This document shows, in pieces, positions 17,210 to 27,840 of a DNA stretch of 64,000 nucleotides. The first letter of the stretch is position 1; the number at the start of each line of letters is the position of its first letter. This DNA comes from an uncultured Succinivibrio sp. (GTDB lineage: Bacteria; Pseudomonadota; Gammaproteobacteria; Enterobacterales; Succinivibrionaceae). The notes under the pieces were generated by a model. It did not search any database. It was not told the origin of the DNA and saw only the letters and a list, made by a program, of their open reading frames with translations. The position numbers and the translations under genes were made by a program. The DNA lies in assembly GCA_900770725.1 (NCBI GenBank), contig CAAGLL010000013.1:23332-87331 (forward strand). The letters are read 5' to 3'.

Positions 17210-18850
17210 TTACCAGAAGACGGCGTAGAGCACGGCGACGATGATCATCACCGCGTAGGAGGCGACTGCGAAGCCGCCGGAGGTCTTGAAGGTGTCGGCG
17301 GTCAGCACGATGCCCTTGGGATCGTCGTCATTCTCGGAGGTAGCCAGCGAGACGAAGACGATGGTCGCGATGGTCAGGATGCAGGTGTACATCATCTGAT
17401 CCATGAACGGCATGTTGATCGGGAGGAACTTCAGGAGCAGCGCGATGGGGATCGAGGCCAGCACGCCAATGATGGCGCCCTTGGAAGTGGTGTGCTTCCA
17501 GAACAGGCCGCAGAGGAACACCGCGAGGATGCCCGGGCTGACGAGGCCGGTGTACTCCTGGATGTACTGGAAGGCCTGGTCGAGCACGCCCAGCATCGGG
17601 GCGACGAACACGGCGATGACGAGGGCGACCACGGCGGTCAGGCGTCCGATGTTGACCAGCTTGAGCTCGGAGGCGTTCTTGTCGATGTAGGTCTTGTAGA
17701 TGTCCATCGTGAAGATGGTCGCGGTGGAGTTGAGCATCGAGGCCAGCGAGGAGACGATGGCTGCAGCCAGGGCTGCGAAGACCAGGCCCTTGAAGCCGGT
17801 GGGCAGGAACTGCGCGACCCAAGGATAGGCGCGGTCGGCGTGCTCGAGGCTCGGCATGGTGTCGGCGTTGGAGACCAGGGCGCCGAAGGTGCTCGCAAGC
17901 TTCTCCTGCAGCGAAGGATCATTGAGGATCACATAGGCGGCGATGCCAGGGAGGACCACGATGATCGGGGTGATGAGCTTGAGGAAGGCAGCGAAGGCCA
18001 GGCCCTTCTGGGCCTCGTCGAGGCTCTTGGAGGCGAAGGTGCGCTGGATGATGTACTGGTTGAAGCCCCAGTAGTAGAGGTTGGCCACCCACATGCCGCC
18101 GATGAGGACCGCGACGCCAGGGAGGTTCTTGAACTGCGGATCGCCCTGGGAGAGGATCATCTTGAAGTGCTCGGGGGCGACGTCCATCATGTGGCTCAGG
18201 CCGCCGAAGAAGCCCGCGTCGCCGCCGACGAAGCTGACGGAGAGGTAGGTGGTGGCGAAGCCGCCGATGATGAGGACGGCAACCTGGATGACGTCAGTCC
18301 AGACAACGGAGGAAAGGCCGCCGTAGACGGAGTAGACCAGGGCGAAGAGGGCCAGTCCGATGACGGTGTACATCATCGGGATGCCCATGATGATCTGCAG
18401 CGCGGTGCCGCCGAGGTACAGGACCGAGGAGAGGTTGACGAAGATGTACAAGCAGATCCAGAACACCGCGAGGATGGTCTTGAGGGTCTGGTTGAAGCGC
18501 TTCTCAACGAACTCCGGGATGGTGTAGATGCCCTGCTTGATGAAGATCGGCATGAAGAACTTCGCGACGAGCAGCAGCGTGATGGCCGCCATCCACTCGT
18601 AGGCGGAGATGCCCAGGCCGATGACGAAGCCCGAGCCGGACATGCCGATAAACTGCTCGGCGGAGATGTTGGCGGCGATCAGCGAAGCGCCGACGGCCCA
18701 CCAGGGGATCGACTTGCCTGCCAGGAAGTAGCCCTCGGTGGAGGCGCGGTTCTTCCTGGAAACGGTCAGGCCGACCGCAACGATGACAATGGCGTATACG
18801 GCGAAAATGATCCAGTCGATCGCCGCAAGACCTTGCTGTGTAGTTTCCAT
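17210..18850 (-). CDS. Sodium:solute symporter, Na+/galactose-glucose (vSGLT/SglS-like)
   Basis: YFLAGKS, GASLIAANISAEQFIGMSGSG, YEWMAA, YWGFNQYIIQR, FQYIQEYTG; about 14 TM segments. Confidence 0.9.
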   Translation of the reverse strand: METTQQGLAAIDWIIFAVYAIVIVAVGLTVSRKNRASTEGYFLAGKSIPWWAVGASLIAANISAEQFIGMSGSGFVIGLGISAYEWMAAITLLLVAKFFMPIFIKQGIYTIPEFVEKRFNQTLKTILAVFWICLYIFVNLSSVLYLGGTALQIIMGIPMMYTVIGLALFALVYSVYGGLSSVVWTDVIQVAVLIIGGFATTYLSVSFVGGDAGFFGGLSHMMDVAPEHFKMILSQGDPQFKNLPGVAVLIGGMWVANLYYWGFNQYIIQRTFASKSLDEAQKGLAFAAFLKLITPIIVVLPGIAAYVILNDPSLQEKLASTFGALVSNADTMPSLEHADRAYPWVAQFLPTGFKGLVFAALAAAIVSSLASMLNSTATIFTMDIYKTYIDKNASELKLVNIGRLTAVVALVIAVFVAPMLGVLDQAFQYIQEYTGLVSPGILAVFLCGLFWKHTTSKGAIIGVLASIPIALLLKFLPINMPFMDQMMYTCILTIATIVFVSLATSENDDDPKGIVLTADTFKTSGGFAVASYAVMIIVAVLYAVFW

Positions 18851-19027
18851 ATATTGTATTTCACCTTTGAATGTTTACTTGTCTTCCCCTTTCCCAAGGG
18901 GGCAGCCTCCCGTCAGCGCCACGGTCTGGCTGCATGGGGAAGATCCCCTTTAAAGGCGGTAGCCTCATAAAGGGCCGGGCTGCCTGCGCCCGGCGTCTGC
19001 CGGCGCAGGCATGGCATGCCGGCGCTG

Positions 19028-19073
19028 GTAAACGTTTACATGGGCATTATATTGGCAGTTTTGCCAGTTTCAA
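19028..19073 (-). promoter_or_regulatory. Promoter of the sugar symporter with LacI/GalR-type operator
   Basis: Minus-strand TTGAAA-16 nt-TATAAT (19073-19046); perfect palindrome GTAAACGTTTAC (19028-19039) at the predicted start site. Confidence 0.7.
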
Positions 19074-19598
19074 GTTTTGACGCGAAAAGCGCGTAAAGGC
19101 ATGCGCCAGTGGCGGATGGCTATGAATTAGTTTCAAGCTGCTTCATTGGAAGGATTTTTATGAAAACTGTTTTCATTTTGAAAAGGCAATTAAAAAAGCA
19201 TTTGCCTATTTTGAGAAAACGGTGTGCGCGAGGATGGAAAATCGCGCCGGCAACGCTTGCGGAATTTTGCGGAAAAACAGGGCCTGGCGGAGTGCCAAGG
19301 CCAACTTGCTGATAAATAAGGACTACACCAAATTGTCCTGTTTTGACGAATTTGTGATCCTTATCCAAATTCAGCCCGAGGGCTTTGTCAAATCCTGCCG
19401 CTTGTCACACTTTTTTCAAGCAATGGCATGCCGAGCCGGCGCCCCCTTTCGTGAAAACTCCTGCAAAAATGGGAGAAGCTCATGAGAACGCACGGAATTT
19501 TCAGTGATTTTGACGGCCGATCCATTTGCCAGGGCGCATTGAGGCTACAATCAGGTAAAGCGCGGCCAGGCCGCGCGCGCATGCGATAAGGAGCGGAC

Positions 19599-20609
19599 AT
19601 GGATCTTCCTGAGAAGGTGTTCTTAGTCGGAGTGCCGTATCCCTGGTACCAGGCCATCAAGGCCCACTACATAGTAAGCGGCTCCAAGAGCGTCAACTGC
19701 TGGAGCTCGCTGTCGGAGACCTCCTCCTACGACGGGCCCGAGCCGGAGCCCGGGGCGCTCGTGATGTTCACGGTCAAGCGCGAGGGCCGGACCTACATCT
19801 GCGGCGGCGGCTTCTACTGCGCCAGCAGGACCATGGAGCCTGCAAAGGCCTGGGAGCTCTACGGCGTCAACAACGGCGCCGACAGCTACAAGGACTTCAT
19901 AGGCCAGCTTGAGGCGGCCGGGTGGAGGCAGGGTGAGAAGATGTCGGCCAATGTGCTCAACGGCTGCTTCGCCTTCTCGCGCCACGAGTCCTACCCGATC
20001 CCCGAGGAGCTTGGGATCAGGATCGAGGCGGGATCCACGGCCTGCTTCTCGCTGAACAGCCCCGAGGGCCGGTTCCTGGCGCTCGTGACCATGCAGCGCC
20101 GCTCCCCGCACCTGCGGCCCGGCACCTTCAACAACGAGTGGCCGGGGATCTACCTCATGGCCGCAGAGAAGCACGCCCGCGACTACTCGATAGTCTTCTT
20201 CACGCAGATGCTGCGCGCCTACGACTTCCGCTGCGCCATCACCGGCGACCGAACCCAGCCGCTCCTGGACGTCGCGCACATCAGGACGTTTTACGACGAG
20301 CGCTTCACCAAGCCCGGCAACGGCATAGTGCTGCGCTGCGACATCCACCGCCTGTTCTCGCAGGGCTTCATCACCTGCGAGTACGCCTCCGACAGCGACG
20401 TCGTGGTCATGGTCTCAAGGGATCTCAAGGTCGCAGGCGGCGGCGAGTACATGAAGTACGACGGCGTGAAGATCTCGCTACCTGATGACAAGGCGATGTG
20501 GCCTTCGCGCGACTACCTGGTCTGGCACAAGGAGCGCCGCTTTGAGAACTGGCTGCGCTTTGGCGCGGTCAAGCCCGCCAACGAGAACCAGGGGACGGTT
20601 TCGATATGA
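19599..20609 (+). CDS. HNH endonuclease, putative restriction-type (N-terminal domain + HNH_2-like)
   Basis: AYDFRCAITG, DVAHI, NGIVLRCDIHRLF, PSRDYLVWH; N-terminal VNCW...GGGFY...AWELYGVNNG. Confidence 0.8.
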   Translation: MDLPEKVFLVGVPYPWYQAIKAHYIVSGSKSVNCWSSLSETSSYDGPEPEPGALVMFTVKREGRTYICGGGFYCASRTMEPAKAWELYGVNNGADSYKDFIGQLEAAGWRQGEKMSANVLNGCFAFSRHESYPIPEELGIRIEAGSTACFSLNSPEGRFLALVTMQRRSPHLRPGTFNNEWPGIYLMAAEKHARDYSIVFFTQMLRAYDFRCAITGDRTQPLLDVAHIRTFYDERFTKPGNGIVLRCDIHRLFSQGFITCEYASDSDVVVMVSRDLKVAGGGEYMKYDGVKISLPDDKAMWPSRDYLVWHKERRFENWLRFGAVKPANENQGTVSI

Positions 20610-21241
20610 GGATTGCAGTGATAGGGGCCGCGGGAGAACCCGGGCGCAGGATCGTCGCCGAGGCCGAGAAGAAGGGGATCCAGGTGACCTCGGTGGTCTC
20701 GGATCCTTCGGTCATGCCAGGCAGCGGGCCTGTGATCATCAAGGACTTCCGGGATCTTGACAAGGGGGATCTCGAGGGCATGCACGCGGTGGTGGACGCC
20801 GAGTCCTTCCCGCGCATCGGCAGGTACAACTCCGACGAGCTGCCGCTGTGGCGCCTGGGCGCGCTGCTTGAAGGCACGTCCGCGGGGCTGCTTGCGGTAG
20901 GCTCGACCTCCTCCCTCTACGCCGACACCAGCCGCACGGGCATGGTCACCGACGACTGCTGCATGACCCAGGGCGGGCACGAGCAGGCATTGAGGCTCTG
21001 CGCCACCGCCTCAAGGCGCCTGCGCAGCGAGCGCTCGTTCAAGTGGACGCTGCTGTGCCCGCCGCTCATCCTCGACTCTGACGCGCCTGCCACGGGATCG
21101 TTCGTCTTCGGGGACGACGTGCTCCCCATGGGGCTTGACGGCAGCAGCCGCATCTCCGGGGCCGACTTCGCGAGGGCCTGCGTCGATCTGCTCTTGCGCG
21201 GGCTGCCTCCATACGCCGTGGCCTCGGTGAGGAGCGCCTAG
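20606..21241 (+). CDS. NAD(P)-binding Rossmann protein (YwnB/flavin reductase-like)
   Basis: MRIAVIGAAGEPG, VGSTSSL, WTLLCPP, SRISGADFA; ATGA overlap with the HNH gene. Confidence 0.75.
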   Translation: MRIAVIGAAGEPGRRIVAEAEKKGIQVTSVVSDPSVMPGSGPVIIKDFRDLDKGDLEGMHAVVDAESFPRIGRYNSDELPLWRLGALLEGTSAGLLAVGSTSSLYADTSRTGMVTDDCCMTQGGHEQALRLCATASRRLRSERSFKWTLLCPPLILDSDAPATGSFVFGDDVLPMGLDGSSRISGADFARACVDLLLRGLPPYAVASVRSA

Positions 21242-21266
21242 CCAGGCCTTGAGCTTAAGGCGATCA

Positions 21267-21300
21267 AAAAAGCCCTCCTGGTTTTCCAGGAGGGCTTTTT
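21267..21300. terminator. Bidirectional intrinsic terminator
   Basis: AAAAAGCCCTCCTGG-tttt-CCAGGAGGGCTTTTT between convergent genes. Confidence 0.85.
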
Positions 21301-21317
21301 GAATGCCTGCTTGGAGA

Positions 21318-22886
21318 TCAGGCCTGCGCCGCAGCCTTCTTCTCGGCGCTGATGTTGCGGCGGTGCATCACGTAGACTGCCGCGATGAGGAGCACGAACG
21401 CGGCGCCCAGGCTCAGCGGCAGGCTGTAGGTGAGGCCTGCGATGACGTAGCCCACGAAGGCGCAGATGGCGGTGATCAGGGCGTAGGGCAGCTGGGTGTA
21501 GACGTGGTCGATGTGCACGCAGCCTGCGCCTGCCGACGAGAGGATGGTCGTGTCGGAGATCGGCGAGCAGTGGTCGCCGAACACCGAGCCTGCCAGCGTG
21601 GCCGACAGGGTGATCACGATGAGATCCTGCGCGGAAGGATCGAGGGCCTGCGCCACGGAGACGACTATGGGGATCAGGATCCCGAAGGTGCCCCAGGCGG
21701 TGCCGGTGGAGAACGAGAGGAAGCTTGCGATCGCGAAGATCACCGCAGGCAGCACGGCGGCCAGGAAGCCGGTATCGTTCTTGACGATCTCGGAGATGAA
21801 GACCTGGGTCTGCAGCAGATCGCGGCAGACGCCGGAGATGGTCCAGGCCAAAGTCAGGATCATGCAGGCCGGCACCATGGTCTGCACGCCGCGGAGCATG
21901 CCGTCCATGAAGGTCTTGAGGCTCATGAGCCTGCGCCCGACGAACATCGCGAAGGCGACCACGAGCGCCCCGAAGACGCCTAGCACCAGGGCAGGCCCGG
22001 CGTCGGTGTTGCCGAACGCCGCGCCGATGGTGTGGTAGGCCGCGTCATCGCCCCAGTAGCCGCCGACGTAGAGCAGCGAGAGGGTCGAGAAGATGATCAG
22101 CATGACGATCGGCACGATCATATCCCAGACGGTGCCGTCGGCCTTGACGTCGATGTCGCGGTTGCCCGCGTCGGCCTTGAGATCGTCGCGGTCGGAGATG
22201 TCGCCCCTGATGGCGCGCTCCTCGGCCTTGAGCATCGGGCCGAAGTCGAGCTTGCAGAACGAGAGGATCAGCACGAGGGAGATGCACAAGAGCGCATAGA
22301 AGTTCCAGGGGATGGTGGAGACGAAGGCGCCCATCTCCGAGGAGAAGGCCTTGGTGTCCTTGAGGTTGGAGCCCACCGCCGCGGCCCACGAGGAGATCGG
22401 GGCGATGATGCAGATCGGCGCTGCGGTGGCGTCGATGATGTACGCCAGCTTCTCGCGGGAGATCTTGTAGGCATCGGTGATCGGGCGCATCACGGTGCCG
22501 ACGGTCAGGCAGTTGAAGTAGTCGTCGATGAAGATGAAGGCGCCGAGCACCGAGGTGGAGATCATCGCGGCGCGGCGGTCCTTGATGTGGCCCGTGGCCC
22601 ACTTGCCGTAGGCCTTGGTTCCGCCGGCGAGCGTGATCACGTAGACGAGCGATCCCAGAAGCGAGCAGAAGAGCACGATGTTGATGTCGAACTTGTTGGC
22701 GAGCACCTTGAAGGCGTTCTCAACCGTTCCGACCACGATGTTGCCGTCGGTCCCGACGGTGTAGATGCAGGTGCCGGCCAGGATGCCGATGATGAGGGAG
22801 GAGAAGACCTCCTTGGTGGCCAGCGCGAGCACGACCGCTATCACCGGCGGCAGGATCGACAGCCATCCTGCGTTGATGGGATCCAT
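21318..22886 (-). CDS. NhaC-family antiporter / amino-acid transporter
   Basis: IFIDDYFNCL, SREKLAYIIDATAAP, STGTAWGTFGI, VFGDHCSPISDTTILSS, HVYTQLPY. Confidence 0.88.
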   Translation of the reverse strand: MDPINAGWLSILPPVIAVVLALATKEVFSSLIIGILAGTCIYTVGTDGNIVVGTVENAFKVLANKFDINIVLFCSLLGSLVYVITLAGGTKAYGKWATGHIKDRRAAMISTSVLGAFIFIDDYFNCLTVGTVMRPITDAYKISREKLAYIIDATAAPICIIAPISSWAAAVGSNLKDTKAFSSEMGAFVSTIPWNFYALLCISLVLILSFCKLDFGPMLKAEERAIRGDISDRDDLKADAGNRDIDVKADGTVWDMIVPIVMLIIFSTLSLLYVGGYWGDDAAYHTIGAAFGNTDAGPALVLGVFGALVVAFAMFVGRRLMSLKTFMDGMLRGVQTMVPACMILTLAWTISGVCRDLLQTQVFISEIVKNDTGFLAAVLPAVIFAIASFLSFSTGTAWGTFGILIPIVVSVAQALDPSAQDLIVITLSATLAGSVFGDHCSPISDTTILSSAGAGCVHIDHVYTQLPYALITAICAFVGYVIAGLTYSLPLSLGAAFVLLIAAVYVMHRRNISAEKKAAAQA

Positions 22887-23105
22887 GATTTGCTTCCTTT
22901 GATTCTCAAACTCAGAACAAGCGCTCGCTTTTAGTGCGATCGCCTTTATTTCAGGCTAAATTTTAACGCTCAGTGCACACAAAGCAAAAAAATGCATCGT
23001 GACGGTGCGTTCTGCGCAAAATGCCGCCCAAGGCGCGAGCGGCGGGATTTGGAACGAAAAGCGCGGCATTGTGGCCGCGCTGCATTGATGGCAGGCGAAG
23101 GCGCT

Positions 23106-24176
23106 TTAGAGCTGGGCGCCGGTATCTCCTGCGGTAGGGGACGAGTCGTTGCCGGTGATCGAGGAGCTGTCCGAGAGCTTCTTGGCAGGCTGCGGAGCGG
23201 CCGGGGCGCTGCTGGCGTCGCTTGCCTGGGCGGAGGGGCCTGAATCGTCCTGCTTCCCGCTCTTGCCTGCCTTGCCGGTGGCGCTTGAATTATCAGTGCC
23301 GCTTGTGGCGGAGGCTGCCTGGGCGCTCGAGTCATCCGAGCCTTGGGCGTCCTGGGCTTGCCCGGTGGATTCCTGATCGCCGCTGCCCCCAGCGTCCGAG
23401 CTGCCTGAGGAGGGACTCGACTCCTGGAGCTTCTCGGTCTGGGCCTGGGCCAGCGTCTGCTGGGCCTCGGCCGCCACCCTCAGATCCTGCCCTGAGGGAT
23501 CGGCAGGCGCGTGGGCAGCCTGGATCACCTGCTGCATCTTCTGGATGGTCTTCTCGGGGGTGCTCTCCTTTGAGACGTCGATGTTGACGTGGCCGCCTAT
23601 GGCGTAGCGGTTGCCGTCAGGTCCGGTCTGGTAGTCGTAGGAAGGGGCGCTGGCGTACTGGCCGCCGGCGCTCTGGTGGGCCAGCTCGTGCTGGCGCACC
23701 TCGCTGTCGCGGCTCTTGAGCTCCTTGACCTGCTCCTGCTCGGCATCGGTGAGCTCCTTGCCGCTCGTGGTCGTGGAGCCGGCCGACTTGGACTTTCCAT
23801 CATCGCTGCCGGCGGCGGAGGCCTGCCCGGCGTTGCCGCTTGCCTCATCAGCAGATGCCTGCTGCGCGCCTGAGGCTTGCACCTCGGGCTTCTTAGTGAC
23901 GTAGCCGCCGCTTTCGGCGTCCGAGTGGAGCGATGCGGTGCCGGATCCCTGCCCGGTCATGAAGGCGTTCCTTGCGATATAGCGCACGTGCGAGTACTGC
24001 GCGTCGTTCTGGGCCGACTGGGCGTGCTCGATCTCAGGCGCCGCGTCCACGGTCTCGTTCTGCCTGGTTTCAGGCTTGATGTTCTCGACGCCTACTGCCT
24101 GCGACGAGGCGAGCTGCTGCTGCACGCTTAGAAGCCCCGCATCGGCGCCTACTGGATTGATTGTTGACATGGCCAT
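23106..24176 (-). CDS. SprA-related family putative metalloprotease with low-complexity flanks
   Basis: RDSEVRQHELAH (HExxH), YQTGPDGNRYAIGG, APADPSGQD; alternative start at 24170. Confidence 0.8.
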   Translation of the reverse strand: MAMSTINPVGADAGLLSVQQQLASSQAVGVENIKPETRQNETVDAAPEIEHAQSAQNDAQYSHVRYIARNAFMTGQGSGTASLHSDAESGGYVTKKPEVQASGAQQASADEASGNAGQASAAGSDDGKSKSAGSTTTSGKELTDAEQEQVKELKSRDSEVRQHELAHQSAGGQYASAPSYDYQTGPDGNRYAIGGHVNIDVSKESTPEKTIQKMQQVIQAAHAPADPSGQDLRVAAEAQQTLAQAQTEKLQESSPSSGSSDAGGSGDQESTGQAQDAQGSDDSSAQAASATSGTDNSSATGKAGKSGKQDDSGPSAQASDASSAPAAPQPAKKLSDSSSITGNDSSPTAGDTGAQL

Positions 24177-24372
24177 TCCTCTCCTTATCTAGGATTACGG
24201 CAGCAGCGCGGCTTGAATTGAGCTTTTTGCATAGGTTTCGGGAAATTTGTGGGCTTAGCTGCAAAAAAGGCTGGCTGGGCGCGGTTGGATTGGCAGGCGG
24301 AATATGGAAGGCCTCAGGAGGCAGAGGGTGCAAGGCTCGATGGCGCAGGCAGAAGCGCCAGTTTAAAAAGAC

Positions 24373-24397
24373 GAAAGCGGGCCATCGGCCCGCTTTC
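24373..24397 (-). terminator. Terminator downstream of prs
   Basis: GAAAGCGGGCC-atc-GGCCCGCTTTC with T-rich minus-strand tail. Confidence 0.7.
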
Positions 24398-24417
24398 TCA
24401 TGCGTTCAAGCTCAGAC

Positions 24418-25371
24418 TCAGAGCGCGCTTTGGAACATCGAGGAGATCGACTCCTCGTTGCTGATGCGCCTGATGGCCTCGGCGAGCATCGGGGCGAGGG
24501 TCAGCACCTTGAAGTTCTTGAGATCGAGGAACTGCTTGCTCGCGGGGATGGTGTCGGAGACGACCATCTGGTCGATGACGGACTTTGAGATGTTGTCGTA
24601 GGCAGGTCCCGAGAGCACCGGGTGGGTGATGTAGGCGTATACGCTCTTGGCGCCGCGCTCCTTCAATGCCGCCGCGGCCTTGCACAGCGTGCCCGCGGTG
24701 TCGACGATGTCGTCGACGATGATGCAGTCGCGGTCCTTCACCTCGCCGATGAGGTTCATGACCTCCGAGACGTTCGGGCGCGGGCGGCGCTTGTCGATGA
24801 TCGCGATGTCGGCGTTGTTGAGGAGCTTGGCGATGGCGCGGGCCCTGACGACGCCGCCCATGTCGGGGGAGACCACGCAGGGGTGCTCGAGCTTGCGGGC
24901 GAGCATGTCCTCCACGAAGATCTGGCTGGAGAAGCAGTTGTCCACCGGCACGTCGAAGAAGCCCTGGATCTGCTCGGCGTGGAGATCCACGGTGAGCACG
25001 CGGTCGACGCCCACTGAGGAGAGCAGATCGGCCACGACCTTGGCGGTGATGGGCACGCGGGCCGAGCGCAGGCGGCGGTCCTGGCGGGCATAGCCGAAGT
25101 AGGGGATCACGGCGGTGATTCGCCCTGCCGACGCGCGGCGCATCGCGTCGATCATGATCAGCAGTTCCATCAGGTTCTCATTGGTAGGGGCGCAGGTGGA
25201 CTGGATCACGAAGATGTCGCATCCGCGGACATACTCGTTGATCTGCACATGCACCTCGCCGTCGCTGAAGCGGTCGACTGTGGCGTCGCCAAGCTTCGTA
25301 TAGAGGCGCGACGCGATGCTTTTGGCCAGTGCCGGGATGGCATTCCCAGCAAACAGTTTCATATCAGCCAT
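24418..25371 (-). CDS. prs: Ribose-phosphate pyrophosphokinase
   Basis: [43 protein letters not shown]. Confidence 0.97.
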   Translation of the reverse strand: MADMKLFAGNAIPALAKSIASRLYTKLGDATVDRFSDGEVHVQINEYVRGCDIFVIQSTCAPTNENLMELLIMIDAMRRASAGRITAVIPYFGYARQDRRLRSARVPITAKVVADLLSSVGVDRVLTVDLHAEQIQGFFDVPVDNCFSSQIFVEDMLARKLEHPCVVSPDMGGVVRARAIAKLLNNADIAIIDKRRPRPNVSEVMNLIGEVKDRDCIIVDDIVDTAGTLCKAAAALKERGAKSVYAYITHPVLSGPAYDNISKSVIDQMVVSDTIPASKQFLDLKNFKVLTLAPMLAEAIRRISNEESISSMFQSAL

Positions 25372-26140
25372 TTATCATCACCGAAAGTACAGGAAAGGGG
25401 AGTGCTCTGATCCTTTGTCAGGCGCGCACATTTTGACATTCCCACCTAGCAGAATCAAGCGCTAAATCCCGTGCGCCAAAGCGCCACAGCCGCTGCAATC
25501 CATGCGATTCAAGGCCTTTTGCAAACCAGGGCTTGCAGGTGCGGCGCTGCGCTCATGGACTTGGATGGCGTTGCCGACGCCCGGGGTGGAAAGAAGGGCA
25601 GGGAGGCGCTTTTGGATGCGCCTTCATGGGAGGGATGAGGCGGCTAAGGCGGTTTTTAGGACGGGGTTTTGCAACTTGCTGAAACAGCAAGTCTTTAATG
25701 GCGGATTGGCCTTGCGCCGGACGGAAAAGAGGAATGAAAATTTTGAAACTATAGAGTAAAAAGCGTCATCTTTTACTGATGCACCAAAAAAACACTAAAA
25801 ACTGTCAATAGCGCTCCTTTTTAGCTTATTCCGTCCGGCGGGGTGCATAAAGCCGGGATGACGGCGCTACTTCCCCAAGCATGGCAGCCTCGGCCTTTTG
25901 CGGGGCATCTTGATGAATTGGCAAGGGAATGTGGAGAGTTCTTTTTGATTTTTAAAACATTGTGCTTGTAGAAATCCGGACCTTGCAAGGCCATGGCTCT
26001 TTACGGTGCAGGCTTGTCTGAAATGTCAGATATATTTGGAGGCATGATACGTTGTAGGCAAATAATAATATTGAAATTTGAAAATGTAACTTTAGATATT
26101 CAAATATGCGTACCGAGGGACTTTGAGAGGAGCGTTCACC

Positions 26141-27628
26141 ATGATTGCAAGCAAGAAAACCGTTTTGAAGGAGCTCGACCGCGTGGTCGGGCTGATAAAG
26201 ACCGACAGCCGCGACATCAGTGCCGAGGAGAAGCAGCGCATGGTGTCCGAAACCCTCGATCAGTTCCAGAACTACGTCTCCCCGGGCTGGCTCAAGTATC
26301 GCAAGTCCGTGTCCTCGGACTCGGCCAAGGGCGCCGTCCTCGAATGGGAGGACGAGGGCGCCTACTGCAAGGGCCTGGGCGGCGAGAAGTTCATCGACTG
26401 CCTGGGCGGATTCGGGATCTTCACCTTCGGGCACCGCAATCCTGAGATCCTGGACGTGGTGAAGGCCCAGCTCGACCACCAGGCCCTCCACTCCCAGGAG
26501 CTCCTGGATCCGCTGCGCGGCTACCTCGCCAAGGCGATGGCGGAGATCACCCCGGGCGATCTGCAGTACTGCTTCTTCACCAACGGCGGCGCCGAGGCCG
26601 TCGAGATGGCGCTCAAGCTCGCCCGCATCGCCACCGGCGGCCGCTGGTTCATCTCAACCGTGGGAGGCTTCCACGGCAAGTCGATGGGCGCGGTGTCAGT
26701 CTGCGGCAAGAGCACCTACCGCGTTCCCTACACCCCGATGGTCCAGCAGGTCCAGCACGTGCGCTACGGCGTGGCCGGGGACGTCGAGCTTGCGATCAGG
26801 AACCTCCAGGAAGTGGGGGAGAAGGTAGCCGCAGTGATCTTAGAGCCGATCCAGGGCGAGGCCGGCGTCATAGTCCCGCCCGACGGGTACCTGAGGGCAG
26901 TGCGGCGGATCTGCGACGAGACCGGGGTTGCGCTGATCTTCGATGAGATCCAGACCGGCATGGGCCGCACCGGCACCATCTGGCGCTGCGAGCACGAGGG
27001 CGTCACCCCGGACATCATGACCTACGGCAAGGCCTTCGGCGGCGGCATCATGCCGATCACCGGGATCATCTGCCGCCCGAAGATGTGGACGCAGGAGCTC
27101 ATCGACAACCCGTGGCTGCTCGGCTCGCCGACCTTCGGCGGCAACCCGGTGTGCTGCGCCGCCGCGCTCGCGGCGATCCGCTACATGATCGAAAAGGACA
27201 TCCCGGCCGTCTGCGCCCGCAAGGGCAGGATCCTCAAGTCGGGGCTCGAGGAGATGGCGCGCAAGTACCCGGACGTCATAAAGGAGGTCCGCGGAGTCGG
27301 GCTGATGCTCGCCATCGAGTTTCGCGCCCAGGATCTGGGCTATGAGACGGCCAAGGGGCTGTTTGAGCGCCGCGTGATGACGGCCGGCACCCTGGTCAAC
27401 GCCAAGACCATCCGCTTCGAGCCCACCGCCGAGATCTCCGAGCAGGACATCAGCGACGTCATAGAGAGGCTCGACGGCGCCCTCGCGGACCCCCGCCGCA
27501 AGCTCTGCCCGGCGATGCGCAACGGGACTGGCGATCCGATGTCGCTGCCTGCAGAGGCCAACGTCCGCGCCACCGCGTCCAATGCCGGCAAGTACACCGG
27601 CGGCGATGACGAGAAGCGCATCGGCTGA
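26141..27628 (+). CDS. patA: Putrescine aminotransferase (class III PLP)
   Basis: FIDCLGGFGIF, LHSQELLDPLR, FHGKS, LEPIQGEAG, DEIQTGMGRTG, GKAFGGG; next to pot genes. Confidence 0.88.
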   Translation: MIASKKTVLKELDRVVGLIKTDSRDISAEEKQRMVSETLDQFQNYVSPGWLKYRKSVSSDSAKGAVLEWEDEGAYCKGLGGEKFIDCLGGFGIFTFGHRNPEILDVVKAQLDHQALHSQELLDPLRGYLAKAMAEITPGDLQYCFFTNGGAEAVEMALKLARIATGGRWFISTVGGFHGKSMGAVSVCGKSTYRVPYTPMVQQVQHVRYGVAGDVELAIRNLQEVGEKVAAVILEPIQGEAGVIVPPDGYLRAVRRICDETGVALIFDEIQTGMGRTGTIWRCEHEGVTPDIMTYGKAFGGGIMPITGIICRPKMWTQELIDNPWLLGSPTFGGNPVCCAAALAAIRYMIEKDIPAVCARKGRILKSGLEEMARKYPDVIKEVRGVGLMLAIEFRAQDLGYETAKGLFERRVMTAGTLVNAKTIRFEPTAEISEQDISDVIERLDGALADPRRKLCPAMRNGTGDPMSLPAEANVRATASNAGKYTGGDDEKRIG

Positions 27629-27653
27629 CTTCACAGCATTCCATAGCTGCATC

Positions 27654-27683
27654 AAACCGGGGGCCGCCCCGGTTTTCTTTTCT
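27654..27683 (+). terminator. Intrinsic terminator of patA
   Basis: AAACCGGGG-gccg-CCCCGGTTT followed by TCTTTTCT. Confidence 0.75.
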
Positions 27684-27840
27684 AATTTCAATGAAGGACG
27701 CAGCAGATCCTGCCTGCAAAGCCCCAGGCGCGGGCAGGGAGTTTGCGGTGCAAGCCTTGAGCAGGAGGGGGAAATTGCGAAGGCTTTTGAAAATAAAAGG
27801 CTCCGGGGGTGCCGGAGCCATGCTGCAACAAGTCTTTGCG

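Noticed and set aside
22887..23105. Lysine riboswitch upstream of the NhaC-family gene
   Set aside because: Conserved lysine-riboswitch motifs are absent and the leader after the TAAAAT -10 is too short
25900..26060. Sigma54 promoter for patA
   Set aside because: GGCA-containing candidates do not give the exact GG-N10-GC spacing
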